Notes: generated from the letters alone by a model not told the origin. 32,000 nucleotides of DNA from a cyanobacterium endosymbiont of Epithemia clementina EcSB (GCF_029919255.1 NZ_CP123991.1:2890434-2922433), one strand, 5' to 3'. Positions 1 through 10,221 are shown, counted from the stretch's first letter. Numbers and translations are program-made.

Positions 1-1
1 G

Positions 2-343
2 GGAATAGACAGCAGTGATGGTTTAGCCGATGGAGTTCTGCAAATCTGCCGTATGAGTGGAGTAGGAGCAAGATTAGAGCGCTCGCAAATTGAGCCTCCT
101 CCAAGTTTATTACAATGGATGTCACCAGAAGAAGCTTTATATTGGACTTTGTATGGAGGAGAAGATTTCGAATTAGTTCTCTGTTTACCCCTAGAATTAG
201 CCAAAAAATTGGTGAAACGCTTAAGAAATGGGGCTGCTATTATTGGAACGATTACAGAAGAACCAAACGTGATTTTAGTTGATAATCAAGAACGATATCC
301 CCCCCAAAAATTAACTCTAACTCAAGGGTTTCAACATTTTTGA
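2..343 (+). CDS. thiL: Thiamine-monophosphate kinase, C-terminal fragment (5' end lies outside the window)
   Basis: The frame opened at nt 2 reads GIDSSDGLADGVLQICRMSGVGARLERSQI...LYGGEDFELVLCLP...AAIIGTITEEP. This matches the ThiL / AIR-synthase-related C-terminal domain pattern (DxSDGL, GGEDFELV). The stop is at 341-343. Confidence 0.75.
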   Translation, partial: GIDSSDGLADGVLQICRMSGVGARLERSQIEPPPSLLQWMSPEEALYWTLYGGEDFELVLCLPLELAKKLVKRLRNGAAIIGTITEEPNVILVDNQERYPPQKLTLTQGFQHF

Positions 344-349
344 TTGTTG

Positions 350-986
350 CCAATTTTCTAGTTGAAGTTAGGGGAAAAGACTAATAGTGACATCCTCCAT
401 CAGCACGAAAAAATTTGACAAGAAACATGAAAAAAATAAATTAGTGATGAATAAATGAGCAACTTTTCTAAAAATTGTCTGTTGCCTATTTCCCATTTTT
501 GGCTAAAAAAAGTCTATTTTTGAACGCTGAAGAGGTTTGCTCCGAACTCACCAAATAGTAGACTACATCATTTCCTACTTCACTAGACACCAGTTTCATA
601 GTGGTTGTATGGGGATAACCACATACTACATCACGTACCGCATAAAGAACCAATTTTCAACCAATAACTCCCTCAACATCAAGTTGACTAATCACATTGG
701 GGGCAATTCCATATGGGGACAGTCTACATAACCTCGTACGGTTCCATCTAACCCCAAATCTACTAAAAAACCTTTTAACGGTCCATCGCCTTTAATACGA
801 AAATTAATACGAGACCCCTTTCACTTCATACTTGAGGTAAGTAATAACTCCGATGTGATTCCCGGTCCCAGAGCTGCTGTAGCGATATAAGAAAGGTTTG
901 ATCCTACTCTTACTTTTTCGGTTAATCAAGTCTAGATCACACCGACGGCTCTAATTCCGTCTTCTGCTGCGGCAACCCTGATTCAT
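350..986 (-). pseudogene. hslO: Hsp33 redox-regulated chaperone pseudogene, with in-frame stops, a frameshift and an internal deletion
   Basis: Minus-strand translation gives [92 protein letters not shown]. After a frameshift it continues [60 protein letters not shown] remnant ADGGCHY* lies near nt 400. This is collinear with the cyanobacterial Hsp33 N-terminal domain, while most of the C-terminal zinc domain is missing. Confidence 0.75.
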
Positions 987-1249
987 AATATTTGCTATGA
1001 ATATCCTTACATTTCTTAATGTCTATTTTCTTATCCCAATCTAAGGGTCTATATTCTAAGAGAAGAAACAATAGTTCTAGGTAGAGAGTTTCTTCCTCCG
1101 AAAATATTACCTATGAGTAATTTGTTAGAAAGCGGATAACGTCTTGAATGAACATTCCATTCCACAACTCTAGCCTAGTCAACCAACATCCAATTACGGA
1201 TGCCATGACTGGTATCAAAATTACTGAAAATCGATACTTTGGAGTTTTT

Positions 1250-1579
1250 ATGATTCAAATCACACCAGCCGCAGTTAAAGAAGTCCAACGAATGCAGAGT
1301 AGCCGTCAGAAAGTCAACAATTACTTTCGACTAAGGGTGAAAAAGGGAGGGTGTTCAGGACTATGCTATATTTTTGAATTGTCTGAAACCCGACAAGAAA
1401 GTGATTATCTCTACCAACTAGAAGAAATTTCAATGCTGATTGATCAGGCCAGTCTTCCTTATCTTAAAGGGTTACGTTTGGACTATGCTGAAGACTTGAT
1501 GGGTGGGGGTTTCCGCTTCTCTAACCCCCAGGTTGCTGCGACCTGTAGTTGTGGTCTATCCTTTACTATCAAGCATTAA
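1250..1579 (+). CDS. HesB/IscA-family iron-sulfur cluster insertion protein
   Basis: MIQITPAAVKEVQRM...FRLRVKKGGCSGLCYIFEL...GGGFRFSNPQVAATCSCGLSF carries the A-type carrier cysteine pattern (C-x-n-C-x-C). I prefer the internal ATG at 1250 to the track start at 1148, because the homologous region begins there. Confidence 0.85.
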   Translation: MIQITPAAVKEVQRMQSSRQKVNNYFRLRVKKGGCSGLCYIFELSETRQESDYLYQLEEISMLIDQASLPYLKGLRLDYAEDLMGGGFRFSNPQVAATCSCGLSFTIKH

Positions 1580-1603
1580 CCTAAAAAAACACACCTTCAG
1601 GAG

Positions 1604-1633
1604 TTGACAGACTATCTCCTAGATAGGTATCAT
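1604..1633 (+). promoter_or_regulatory. Candidate sigma70-type promoter for the str cluster (TTGACA, 18-nt spacer, TATCAT)
   Basis: TTGACA lies at 1604-1609 and TATCAT at 1628-1633, about 65 nt upstream of the rpsL ATG. The spacer contains a short palindrome, ctatct-cct-agatag. The call rests on the sequence pattern only. Confidence 0.35.
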
Positions 1634-1697
1634 GGTAATTTGTCAACGATTATATTAATGATTTAGGGTTGGTTGTAACCCTTATTTGAGTTTACTC

Positions 1698-2072
1698 ATG
1701 CCAACTATTCAACAACTCATTCGCAGCGAACGCTCAAAACTGAAAAAGAAGACGAAATCGCCAGCACTCAAACAGTGTCCCCAACGTCGGGGGGTTTGTA
1801 CCAGGGTTTACACAACTACCCCAAAAAAGCCCAATTCAGCCTTGAGGAAAGTAGCACGGGTTCGTCTTACCTCCGGCTTTGAGGTTACCGCCTACATCCC
1901 TGGGATTGGTCATAATTTACAAGAGCACTCCGTTGTCCTTATCCGTGGAGGTAGGGTCAAAGACCTGCCTGGAGTGCGCTATCATATCATTCGCGGAACA
2001 TTAGATGCGCAAGGGGTCAAAGATCGCAAACAAGGACGTTCTAAATATGGAACTAAACGACCCAAAGGATAG
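1698..2072 (+). CDS. rpsL: 30S ribosomal protein S12
   Basis: [78 protein letters not shown]... is canonical S12. The ATG at 1698 is preferred to the TTG at 1686. Confidence 0.97.
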   Translation: MPTIQQLIRSERSKLKKKTKSPALKQCPQRRGVCTRVYTTTPKKPNSALRKVARVRLTSGFEVTAYIPGIGHNLQEHSVVLIRGGRVKDLPGVRYHIIRGTLDAQGVKDRKQGRSKYGTKRPKG

Positions 2073-2164
2073 GATTATAGATAGGGTGTATCTAATTATT
2101 AATTATCCCTAAGTCTAGAAGTATAATTTTCTTTAGTTAGGCGATCATCATATACTTTAGTCCC

Positions 2165-2198
2165 ACCTAGTCTTGCCTTGAAGGATAAACGATTGTAA
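2165..2198. repeat. Bipartite short dispersed repeat, copy A (ACCTAGTCTTGCC-N8-TAAACGATTGTAA)
   Basis: Both half-sites recur in the same order at 18273-18317 with one mismatch each (ACCTAGTCTTACC-N18-TAAACGATTATAA). Copy A lies in the 275-bp rpsL-rpsG spacer. Confidence 0.55.
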
Positions 2199-2347
2199 TT
2201 TTCTTAGAGAGAAATCACATTCAAAGGCAATGCTAAATAATGTAAGGCCATAGACGACGAATATCTCCCAAGCATACTATCTATCCTCTTCATGGGAAGA
2301 AGGGGAAACTATAATCACTATCTTAAATTAAAGAGGAAAACCCAACT

Positions 2348-2818
2348 ATGTCTCGCAGAGGAAACATAAAAAGACGACCGGTTCCCCCCGATCCCATTTA
2401 TAACAGCCGTTTACTCAGCATGACAATCCGTCGAGTAATGAAAAGCGGGAAAAAGTCCGTAGCGGCTGGAATTATCTATAATGCGATGACCTCCATCAGT
2501 GAAAAAACGGGAGCTGACCCCTTAGAAGTTTTTGAAAAAGCCATTAAAAATCTGACTCCCTTAGTAGAGGTTAAAGCACGTCGGGTCGGAGGTGCTACCT
2601 ATCAGGTTCCCATGGAAGTTCGTTCCTCACGAGGAACAACCCTAGCTTTACGTTGGTTAGTCCACTATGCTCGTATTAGAGGAGGTCGTACCATGGCGAG
2701 CAAATTAGCCAGTGAAATTATGGACGCAGCTAACGAAACCGGGGGGGCAATGAAGAAGCGGGATGAAACTCACCGTATGGCTGAAGCGAACAAAGCCTTT
2801 GCCCACTATCGCTATTAA
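2348..2818 (+). CDS. rpsG: 30S ribosomal protein S7
   Basis: [44 protein letters not shown]...[11 protein letters not shown] is full-length S7. An aagagga Shine-Dalgarno sequence lies upstream. Confidence 0.97.
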   Translation: MSRRGNIKRRPVPPDPIYNSRLLSMTIRRVMKSGKKSVAAGIIYNAMTSISEKTGADPLEVFEKAIKNLTPLVEVKARRVGGATYQVPMEVRSSRGTTLALRWLVHYARIRGGRTMASKLASEIMDAANETGGAMKKRDETHRMAEANKAFAHYRY

Positions 2819-2928
2819 GGGCTAGTTTTGCCAGGGAGCAGTGGCTAAGGTCTGATAGAACGCCCATTCTCCTATAGTGTGAACAGATAACCGATGAAAC
2901 TAGTTTATACAAAACCAAGGAGGTAGCT

Positions 2929-5016
2929 GTGGCACGTACTATTCCACTGGAGAAGGTACGAAATATAGGCATTGCAGCCCATATAGATGCAGGCAAAACT
3001 ACTACGACCGAGCGAATTCTGTTCTATACAGGAATCGCTCACAAACTTGGCGAAGTTCATGAAGGGACTGCCACCATGGACTGGATGGCACAGGAACAGG
3101 AACGAGGCATCACCATCACTGCTGCTGCTATTAGTACAAGTTGGCTTGGCCACCGAATTAATATCATTGATACTCCAGGTCATGTAGATTTTACCATTGA
3201 AGTGGAACGCTCTATGCGGGTATTAGATGGTGTAATAGCCGTATTTTGTTCTGTTGGAGGTGTCCAGCCTCAATCGGAGACAGTGTGGCGACAAGCGGAG
3301 CGCTACCAAGTCCCTCGCCTTGCCTTTGTGAACAAAATGGATCGCACCGGAGCTAACTTCTTCAGGGTTTGCGAACAAATTAAGAATCGCCTCAGAGCTA
3401 ATTCAGTGCCGATTCAAATTCCTATTGGGAGTGAAAACGATTTCCGTGGCATTATAGACTTGGTTCGGATGCGGGCTAAAATATATCAAGATGACTTAGG
3501 TAGAAATATCAAAGATACAGATATCCCTGAAGAATTTTTAGAGCAAGCCCTTGAATATCGAAGTAAACTCATTGAAGCGGTAGCCGAAAATAATGAAGAT
3601 CTTTTAGAAAAATATCTCGAGGGAGAAGAATTAACTGAGGCTGAGATTAAACAGGGACTACGTTTAGGAATTCTTAACCGTTCTATAATTCCTCTCCTTT
3701 GTGGTTCTGCTTTCAAAAATAAAGGGGTGCAACTGCTTCTCGATGCTGTAGTTGACTATTTACCCTCCCCCTTGGAAGTGCCAGCAATTAAAGGATTATT
3801 GCCTGATGGAACTGAAGACGAGAGAAAAGCTTTAGACGATGAACCATTCTCCGCACTGGCTTTTAAAATTGCCGCTGATCCATATGGCCGTCTGACCTTT
3901 ATGCGGGTTTATTCGGGGGTTTTGGCTAAAGGAACTTATGTATATAACTCAACCAAAAATAGTAAAGAACGGCTTTCACGCTTGATAGTCTTAAAATCCA
4001 ATGATCGCATTGAAGTTGATGAACTCAGAGCTGGAGACTTGGGCGCTGCCATTGGCTTAAAAAATACTACTACGGGGGATACCCTATGTGATGAGAATAA
4101 GCCAATAATCCTTGAATCTTTATTCATCCCAGAACCGGTTATTTCGGTTGCTGTCGAACCCAAAACCAAACAGGATATGGAGAAGCTTTCCAAAGCCCTT
4201 CAATCTCTCTCTGATGAAGATCCCACCTTCCGAGTGAGTATCAATCCTGAAACCAACCAAACAGTTATTGCTGGGATGGGAGAATTACACTTAGAGATCC
4301 TTGTTGATCGGATGTTGCGAGAATATAAGGTAGAAGCAACAGTGGGTAAACCCCAAGTAGCCTACCGTGAAACCATCCGTAAACCTTGTGACGCGGAAGG
4401 AAAGTATATTCGTCAAAGTGGGGGAAAAGGTCAATATGGGCATGTCATCATTCACGTTGAACCAGGAGAATCGGGAAGCGGTTTTGAATTTATTTCTAAA
4501 ATTGTCGGGGGAATCATACCTAAAGAGTACATCGCCCCTGTGGAACAAGGGATAAAAGAAGCTTGTGGATCAGGTATTATTGCAGGATATCCCGTCATCG
4601 ACCTTAAGGTAACGCTGGTTGATGGTTCCTACCATGATGTTGATTCTTCAGAAATGGCCTTCAAAATTGCCGGTTCAATGGCCATTCGCAATGCGGTCAC
4701 TAAAGCTTCCCCCGTTGTGCTAGAACCAATGATGAAAGTTGAGGTAGAAGTCCCTGAAGATTTTCTAGGAGAGATTATGGGAGATCTAAACTCTCGTCGT
4801 GGCAGCATCGAAGGGATGGAATCTGAAGACTGCCTTGCCAAAGTTTCTGCTCATGTTCCTCTGGCAGAAATGTTTGGTTACGCGACCGATATTCGGTCAA
4901 AAACCCAAGGTCGGGGAATCTTCTCGATGGAATTTAGCCATTATGCCGAAGTCCCGTCCAGTGTCGCCGAAGCGATCATAGCAAAAAACACAGGGAACGC
5001 CTACTACAGTGAATAG
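2929..5016 (+). CDS. fusA: Translation elongation factor G
   Basis: GTG start preceded by aaggagg. The sequence [19 protein letters not shown]...DTPGHVDF...NKMDR contains the GTPase motifs G1-G4. The 695-aa protein is full-length EF-G. Confidence 0.97.
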   Translation: MARTIPLEKVRNIGIAAHIDAGKTTTTERILFYTGIAHKLGEVHEGTATMDWMAQEQERGITITAAAISTSWLGHRINIIDTPGHVDFTIEVERSMRVLDGVIAVFCSVGGVQPQSETVWRQAERYQVPRLAFVNKMDRTGANFFRVCEQIKNRLRANSVPIQIPIGSENDFRGIIDLVRMRAKIYQDDLGRNIKDTDIPEEFLEQALEYRSKLIEAVAENNEDLLEKYLEGEELTEAEIKQGLRLGILNRSIIPLLCGSAFKNKGVQLLLDAVVDYLPSPLEVPAIKGLLPDGTEDERKALDDEPFSALAFKIAADPYGRLTFMRVYSGVLAKGTYVYNSTKNSKERLSRLIVLKSNDRIEVDELRAGDLGAAIGLKNTTTGDTLCDENKPIILESLFIPEPVISVAVEPKTKQDMEKLSKALQSLSDEDPTFRVSINPETNQTVIAGMGELHLEILVDRMLREYKVEATVGKPQVAYRETIRKPCDAEGKYIRQSGGKGQYGHVIIHVEPGESGSGFEFISKIVGGIIPKEYIAPVEQGIKEACGSGIIAGYPVIDLKVTLVDGSYHDVDSSEMAFKIAGSMAIRNAVTKASPVVLEPMMKVEVEVPEDFLGEIMGDLNSRRGSIEGMESEDCLAKVSAHVPLAEMFGYATDIRSKTQGRGIFSMEFSHYAEVPSSVAEAIIAKNTGNAYYSE

Positions 5017-5140
5017 CAAATGGTGAAAAGTGGATAGTCAACCCTTAATGGTTAATAATGAACTACGGGTAACTGATTACTAATCACTGAAATTTATCAC
5101 TGTGATTTAAACAGAAGACAAAAAAAGGAACAATTGACTC

Positions 5141-6370
5141 ATGGCACGCGCAAAATTTGAACGGACAAAACCCCACGTTAACATCGGCACCGTCGGTCAC
5201 GTTGATCATGGGAAAACCACCCTCACAGCAGCTATTACCATGACTTTGGCTGCTGCAGGTAGTGCTAAAGCTCGTAACTACGAGGATATTGATGCAGCCC
5301 CTGAAGAAAAAGCGCGGGGTATTACCATCAATACCGCCCACGTTGAATATGAAACACCAACCCGCCACTACGCTCACGTAGACTGCCCAGGACACGCTGA
5401 CTACGTTAAGAACATGATTACCGGAGCTGCTCAAATGGACGGGGGCATCTTGGTAGTATCGGCAGCTGACGGACCTATGCCCCAAACTCGCGAACATATT
5501 TTGTTAGCAAAACAAGTTGGGGTTCCTAGCCTAGTGGTCTTCTTAAACAAAGAAGACCAAGTTGACGACGAAGAACTTCTCGAACTGGTAGAACTTGAAG
5601 TCCGTGAACTCCTTAGTGAGTATGATTTTCCTGGAGATGACATTCCCATCGTCACTGGATCTGCTTTGATGGCCGTAGAAGCTCTAAAAGAAAATCCTAA
5701 GCTTGCTGCCGGGGAAAATGAATGGACAGATAAAATCCTGAAGTTAATGGGAGAAATAGACGCTTATATCCCTGAACCCGAGCGAGAAATCGATAAAGCC
5801 TTCTTGATGGCAGTTGAAGATGTCTTCTCCATTACTGGTCGGGGAACTGTTGCTACCGGACGGATTGAACGGGGCAAGGTTAAAGTAGGTGAAACCGTTG
5901 AGATTGTTGGTATTCGAGAGACCCGTAACACTACTGTTACCGGGGTAGAAATGTTTCAGAAAACTCTTGATGAAGGAATAGCAGGGGATAACGTGGGTCT
6001 GCTTCTACGGGGTATCCAAAAAGAAGACATTGAACGGGGAATGGTTTTAGCTAAACCTGGTTCGATTACTCCCCATACCCTATTTGAAGGTGAAGTTTAT
6101 GTATTAACAAAAGAAGAAGGGGGTCGTCACACGCCTTTCTTCAAGAACTATCGCCCTCAGTTTTATGTCCGTACCACCGATGTAACCGGAACCATCCAAG
6201 ACTACACCGCCGATGATGGCAGTGCAGTAGAAATGGTCATGCCTGGTGACCGGATTAAAATGACTGTGGAACTTATCAATGCTATTGCTATTGAGCAAGG
6301 AATGCGTTTTGCAATTCGCGAAGGTGGCCGTACTATTGGTGCTGGTGTTGTTTCGAAAATTCTCAAGTAG
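5141..6370 (+). CDS. tuf: Translation elongation factor Tu
   Basis: [33 protein letters not shown]...DCPGHADY...NKEDQ is canonical EF-Tu of 409 aa. Confidence 0.98.
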   Translation: MARAKFERTKPHVNIGTVGHVDHGKTTLTAAITMTLAAAGSAKARNYEDIDAAPEEKARGITINTAHVEYETPTRHYAHVDCPGHADYVKNMITGAAQMDGGILVVSAADGPMPQTREHILLAKQVGVPSLVVFLNKEDQVDDEELLELVELEVRELLSEYDFPGDDIPIVTGSALMAVEALKENPKLAAGENEWTDKILKLMGEIDAYIPEPEREIDKAFLMAVEDVFSITGRGTVATGRIERGKVKVGETVEIVGIRETRNTTVTGVEMFQKTLDEGIAGDNVGLLLRGIQKEDIERGMVLAKPGSITPHTLFEGEVYVLTKEEGGRHTPFFKNYRPQFYVRTTDVTGTIQDYTADDGSAVEMVMPGDRIKMTVELINAIAIEQGMRFAIREGGRTIGAGVVSKILK

Positions 6371-6388
6371 GACAACTTAACCTTGATT

Positions 6389-6420
6389 AGCGGCCAGTTA
6401 TCAATTCTTGACTGGTCGCT
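6389..6420 (+). other. Intercistronic stem-loop between tuf and rpsJ (10-bp stem including one G-U pair, 12-nt loop)
   Basis: agcggccagt (6389-6398) pairs with actggtcgct (6411-6420). There is no downstream T-run, so this is more likely a processing or stability element than a terminator. Confidence 0.35.
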
Positions 6421-6475
6421 GACCGAATAACGGATTAATCTATCAATCACAACCGAACCTTGACAACTAAAAATT

Positions 6476-6790
6476 ATGGCTACACTGCAACAAAAAATTC
6501 GGATTCGCTTGAAAGCTTTTGATCGTCGCTTACTTGATACCTCCTGTGAGAAGATTGTTGATACAGCTAACCGAACAGATGCAACCGCAATAGGCCCGAT
6601 TCCTTTACCCACTAAACGTCGGATTTATTGTGTTTTGCGATCACCTCACGTAGATAAAGATTCTCGTGAACACTTTGAAACCAGAACCCACCGAAGAATT
6701 ATTGATATTTATCAGCCTTCTTCCAAAACTATTGATGCTCTAATGAAATTGGATTTACCGGCAGGGGTTGAGATTGAAGTTAAACTATAG
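6476..6790 (+). CDS. rpsJ: 30S ribosomal protein S10
   Basis: [78 protein letters not shown] is canonical S10. rpsJ directly following tuf is the usual cyanobacterial and plastid arrangement. Confidence 0.97.
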   Translation: MATLQQKIRIRLKAFDRRLLDTSCEKIVDTANRTDATAIGPIPLPTKRRIYCVLRSPHVDKDSREHFETRTHRRIIDIYQPSSKTIDALMKLDLPAGVEIEVKL

Positions 6791-6902
6791 TATGCAACGA
6801 TTGAGCCTATCCTTTTGATAGAGGATAAAAAACGTTGTACTTAGCAAACCGATGATATCTAGGGCTATTGTATAGCTACTGATAATATTGACTTTAGTTT
6901 TG

Positions 6903-6939
6903 AGAGAGAGAGCACACGGGTATCTCTCTTTTTTATTTT
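6903..6939 (+). terminator. Probable intrinsic terminator of the str cluster
   Basis: agagaga (6903-6909) pairs with tctctct (6923-6929), followed by ttttt-a-tttt. It lies 113 nt after the rpsJ stop. Confidence 0.5.
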
Positions 6940-7228
6940 GACAATAGTTCATCATTAATACTCTTACAAAGAAAAGTAGTGTTTAGCTATTTTTTGCATA
7001 TTCAAAAAATCATTGTTATTTTTAAGCCCATTGTTCTTCTTTATAAAGAAGAGAGAAGTCAATGATACATTATTAAATCTTGTGGAACTCATATTTAATA
7101 ATGGCGTAACAGGCAGTTAGAATATAAATTTTTCAATAACTACAACTAGTTAGTGAAATTTTGGCAGATTAGTACAATGTTGTTTCCCGTGGACTTATCA
7201 ACTTATTACAAGTTTAATTAAGTTAATT

Positions 7229-7816
7229 CTAACTAACATTTTTTGCTTTATTTCTGGGATTCATCTCTTTCGAAGACTTGGATAACTGAGTTTTTGATAA
7301 TATTTGTGGTAACAAATAGCTGACCCCAGAAATTAATGTTAGAACGACAGCCACCCAAAATACAATTGAGCACAGAGTGCCCCACTGAGGACTAAGAGGA
7401 GCAATTAATAGAGCAATGGCTATTATTTGGCTGACGGTCTTTAATTTTCCCCACCAATTTGCCTCTTGAACTTTTCTATTTTGAGTTAAACTCGGATTGA
7501 CTCGCCAGCTAGTAATTGCTAATTCCCGGCCCATAATCAAAAAAACACCCCAAGAGGGAACCTTTTCTAATTCAATTAGACTTAATAACGGGGCGAGAAC
7601 TAATAATTTATCTACTAAGGGATCGAGAAACTTCCCTAATTCTGTAACTTGATTTAATCGCCTTGCTAAGTGGCCATCTAACCAGTCTGTCCCTGCTGAT
7701 ACTAAAAAAATTGCTATGCTAATCCAGCGATGAGATGGGGTAGGATCATGTAGGAAATAAAACATAAATGGCAATCCTAATAAACGCGATAACGTAACTA
7801 AGGTGGGGAGATTCAT
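7229..7816 (-). CDS. pgsA: CDP-diacylglycerol--glycerol-3-phosphate 3-phosphatidyltransferase
   Basis: The CDP-alcohol phosphatidyltransferase motif is present: DWLDGHLARRLNQVTELGKFLDPLVDKLL (D-G-x2-A-R-x8-G-x3-D-x3-D). The protein is multi-pass hydrophobic. Confidence 0.88.
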   Translation of the reverse strand: MNLPTLVTLSRLLGLPFMFYFLHDPTPSHRWISIAIFLVSAGTDWLDGHLARRLNQVTELGKFLDPLVDKLLVLAPLLSLIELEKVPSWGVFLIMGRELAITSWRVNPSLTQNRKVQEANWWGKLKTVSQIIAIALLIAPLSPQWGTLCSIVFWVAVVLTLISGVSYLLPQILSKTQLSKSSKEMNPRNKAKNVS

Positions 7817-7884
7817 CTTTATCTGGCAAGCATTTTCAACTGAATTATAGAAACCTAAATAAACAGATCATTAAAATTACCCAC

Positions 7885-8505
7885 CTAACTTGGGCGATTC
7901 TGCTTTTCATTAGCTATTAGTTTAGCAGCTAAGACTCCGCCGAGAAACCCAAATAGATGGCCTTCCCAAGAAATTCCAGGGCGAGAAGGTAACATTCCTA
8001 ACACTAATCCACCATACAGAAAACTAACAATAATGGACAAAAAAATTGAGACGAAGTTCTGTTGAAAATATCCTCGTAATAGCAAAAATCCCAAATAGCC
8101 AAAAATAAGAATACTAGCCCCAATATGAACTGAACCAGGAACCCCAAATAACCAGACCCCAAAACCACCTACTATCATTGTTAGTAAAGTAACCACCCAA
8201 AAATCACTGGTTTCTTGTAACATTACAAACCAGCTTAAAACCACAAAAGGAAGAGTATTGGCAATTAAATGACTTAATCCACCATGCAAAAATGGAGCAA
8301 ACAAAATTCCTCGTAATCCAATTAAGTCATGGGGAATAATGCCAAATCGGTCTAAACTTCCTTTAAAGATTAACAGATCTAAAAGCTCTAAAACCCAAAA
8401 AACGCTAAGAAATCTCCCTAGGAGATTAACACGGCTTTTTATTTTATAGGAAATGCTATTATCTTTGAGGTAATTCATGGGGCTTATATTTGAGGAAGTT
8501 TTCAC
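7885..8505 (-). CDS. Rhomboid-family intramembrane serine protease
   Basis: Polytopic membrane protein with FLHGGLSHLIANT (the H..H..N region), HIGASILIFG (GxS catalytic serine context) and GHLFGFLGGVLAA (catalytic histidine helix). Confidence 0.75.
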   Translation of the reverse strand: MKTSSNISPMNYLKDNSISYKIKSRVNLLGRFLSVFWVLELLDLLIFKGSLDRFGIIPHDLIGLRGILFAPFLHGGLSHLIANTLPFVVLSWFVMLQETSDFWVVTLLTMIVGGFGVWLFGVPGSVHIGASILIFGYLGFLLLRGYFQQNFVSIFLSIIVSFLYGGLVLGMLPSRPGISWEGHLFGFLGGVLAAKLIANEKQNRPS

Positions 8506-8606
8506 TTCAAGTCAACTTTGATCTGACCAAGCTAAGATATATTAACGATAATAGATTCTAAAATCAAAGTTTCACGGTAAAACTATCGATTAAATCGCCA
8601 AAAACT

Positions 8607-8972
8607 ATGGAATTCATTGAAATTACTAAAATTAGGTCCTACGGCTACACGGGATATTTGCCAGAAGAACAGGTATTAGGTCAGTGGTTTGAAGTTGATA
8701 TAATCATAGGACTTGATCTAACCTCCGCCGGAAACAGCGATCAAATTAAAGATACATTGGATTATCGTCAAGTGATCGCCATCGTTAAACGTCTTATTGC
8801 CACCGAAAAATTTGCCCTAGTTGAAAAACTGGCTGAGGTGATTGCTCAAAAAATATTAATTTTGAACAAGGTTCAACTAGTTAGAGTTCGTTTAAGTAAA
8901 CTGGCAGCTCCTATTCCTGATTATAACGGAAAAATTACCATTGATATGACAAAAAGACGAAAAACAATCTAA
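8607..8972 (+). CDS. folB: Dihydroneopterin aldolase
   Basis: The 121-aa protein reads ITKIRSYGYTGYLPEEQVLGQWFEVDIIIGLDL...DTLDYRQVIAIVKRLI...FALVEKLAEVIAQKIL, the FolB-family pattern. Confidence 0.85.
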   Translation: MEFIEITKIRSYGYTGYLPEEQVLGQWFEVDIIIGLDLTSAGNSDQIKDTLDYRQVIAIVKRLIATEKFALVEKLAEVIAQKILILNKVQLVRVRLSKLAAPIPDYNGKITIDMTKRRKTI

Positions 8973-9371
8973 ATCTTTACCTTTGTTAGTAAGGTAAAGT
9001 ATAAATATGAAGTTTAATCATAAAATTTACAGAAAAATCTTAGATTCTAGGGTAGAAGTTAATGGCACAACAGCCAGATTCTCTTCACCAAAAATATCTA
9101 GTTATGTCAAAGATTATAACGATTTTTTATAAAAAGATTCAATAAATTTATAGTAATATGCTAGTTTTGGCTAAAATAAGGCTAATATCCTGCACTTTCA
9201 AGCAGATGCAGTTATAATAGAATCTGTCATCTTAATAACAAGAGACTATAAAAAATAGCTTAGTTATATTCTCAATTAAAATCTCACTACTAGAAAAGTG
9301 TTTAAAAAACAATAGCTAATCTCTGGAGAGATTATACTCAATAAAGAGTTTCTTTTAGATAGAGTTCTTGT

Positions 9372-9986
9372 ATGAGTGTTGAGTCTGAGATTAGACGATT
9401 ATCGGATCTTATGCCAGCTTCTGGACGAATGTTAACCAAAATTATTAGCAAACCTCAGCAATCAAAGGTAATTGATGCGCCATTTTCTCCTCCTTGGAAT
9501 CGAAATAACCGTCCTATATATATTAACTTTAATTTATGGTGGCAATTACCACAAGGACAACGAGATTTACTACTTTTAAGAGCAACTACCAGTTTAATTG
9601 GAATTAAATGGCTTAAGCCTAATTTATATCAAGGAATTACTGCAGCCGGATTAGTAGGACTGACAGTTCAAACGGCTCAAGGGGATATTTTAGGAATGAT
9701 AGTTTCTGGAGGATTAACCGCAATCTCCGCTTATCAAATTTGGCGCAATAACCTAAGTATGCAACGGGAACTCGATGCTGATGAAGAAGCTATTAAAATT
9801 GCTTTTAGACGAGGCTATAATTCGGTAGAAGCCTCGAAAAATCTACTTAATGGGCTTGAAGCATCTTCGCAATTGGAAAGACGTTTCAGTCTCAGTTTTA
9901 CGGAGTTAATTCGTTGCCAACATCTTAAGGAACTCGCAAATATCTCCCCGATTGGCGTTCCTGAAATGGTAAAAACAAGAAAATGA
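9372..9986 (+). CDS. Conserved cyanobacterial hypothetical protein (I recall this family as DUF3318; unverified)
   Basis: EIRRLSDLMPASGRMLTKIISKPQQSKVIDAPFSPPWNRN...QRDLLLLRATTSLIGIKWLKPNLYQG...ELDADEEAIKIAFRRGY resembles a protein family restricted to cyanobacteria. The codon usage looks like that of the neighbouring genes. Confidence 0.7.
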   Translation: MSVESEIRRLSDLMPASGRMLTKIISKPQQSKVIDAPFSPPWNRNNRPIYINFNLWWQLPQGQRDLLLLRATTSLIGIKWLKPNLYQGITAAGLVGLTVQTAQGDILGMIVSGGLTAISAYQIWRNNLSMQRELDADEEAIKIAFRRGYNSVEASKNLLNGLEASSQLERRFSLSFTELIRCQHLKELANISPIGVPEMVKTRK

Positions 9987-10221
9987 TTAGTTACAATCAA
10001 TTGCTCCATATATAAATTGAAGTTACTCAATTGAGCAGATAATTTTTTTTAAGACTTAATGATAAACTAAACTGTATCTTATCGGGATAGAGACTGCTAT
10101 ATTGGGTTTCTTTAACTGACTCTTTTTCTGAATCATTCCTAAAAAACTAGACGAATTTTCTGAGAATTAGATGGAAAATCACTAAAACAATTTGAGAAAT
10201 ATTAAACTGGATATTTTTACC

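Noticed and set aside
537-731. Plus-strand 64-aa ORF
   Set aside because: It is the antisense frame of the best-preserved part of the hslO pseudogene, and the minus-strand Hsp33 homology explains the sequence.
1148-1249. N-terminal extensions suggested by the ORF track: the HesB-like ORF from 1148, rpsL from TTG 1686 and fabG from GTG 22305
   Set aside because: In each case the family-homologous sequence starts at a downstream ATG (1250, 1698 and 22338). The extensions add non-homologous residues.
2730-3183. Minus-strand ORFs 2730-2996 and 2905-3183, plus the small plus-strand ORF 2987-3187
   Set aside because: They overlap the rpsG 3' end and the fusA 5' region in the wrong frame or strand. 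They have no recognisable motifs and look like typical shadow ORFs of highly expressed genes.
3486-4981. Six short ORFs (60-85 aa) inside fusA on either strand
   Set aside because: All are fully nested in the confidently called EF-G gene. Their S/R-rich, low-complexity translations are characteristic of off-frame reading.
5084-6612. Minus-strand ORFs 5084-5497, 5431-5655, 6104-6298 and 6202-6612
   Set aside because: They are antisense to tuf, and the last also spans the tuf-rpsJ spacer. They show no conserved features, and EF-Tu fully explains the region.
9007-9132. 41-codon ATG ORF (MKFNHKIYRKILDSRVEVNGTTARFSSPKISSYVKDYNDFL) downstream of folB
   Set aside because: It has no ribosome-binding site and no recognisable family, and it is short enough to arise by chance. 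It could be a gene remnant, but the sequence alone cannot support that.
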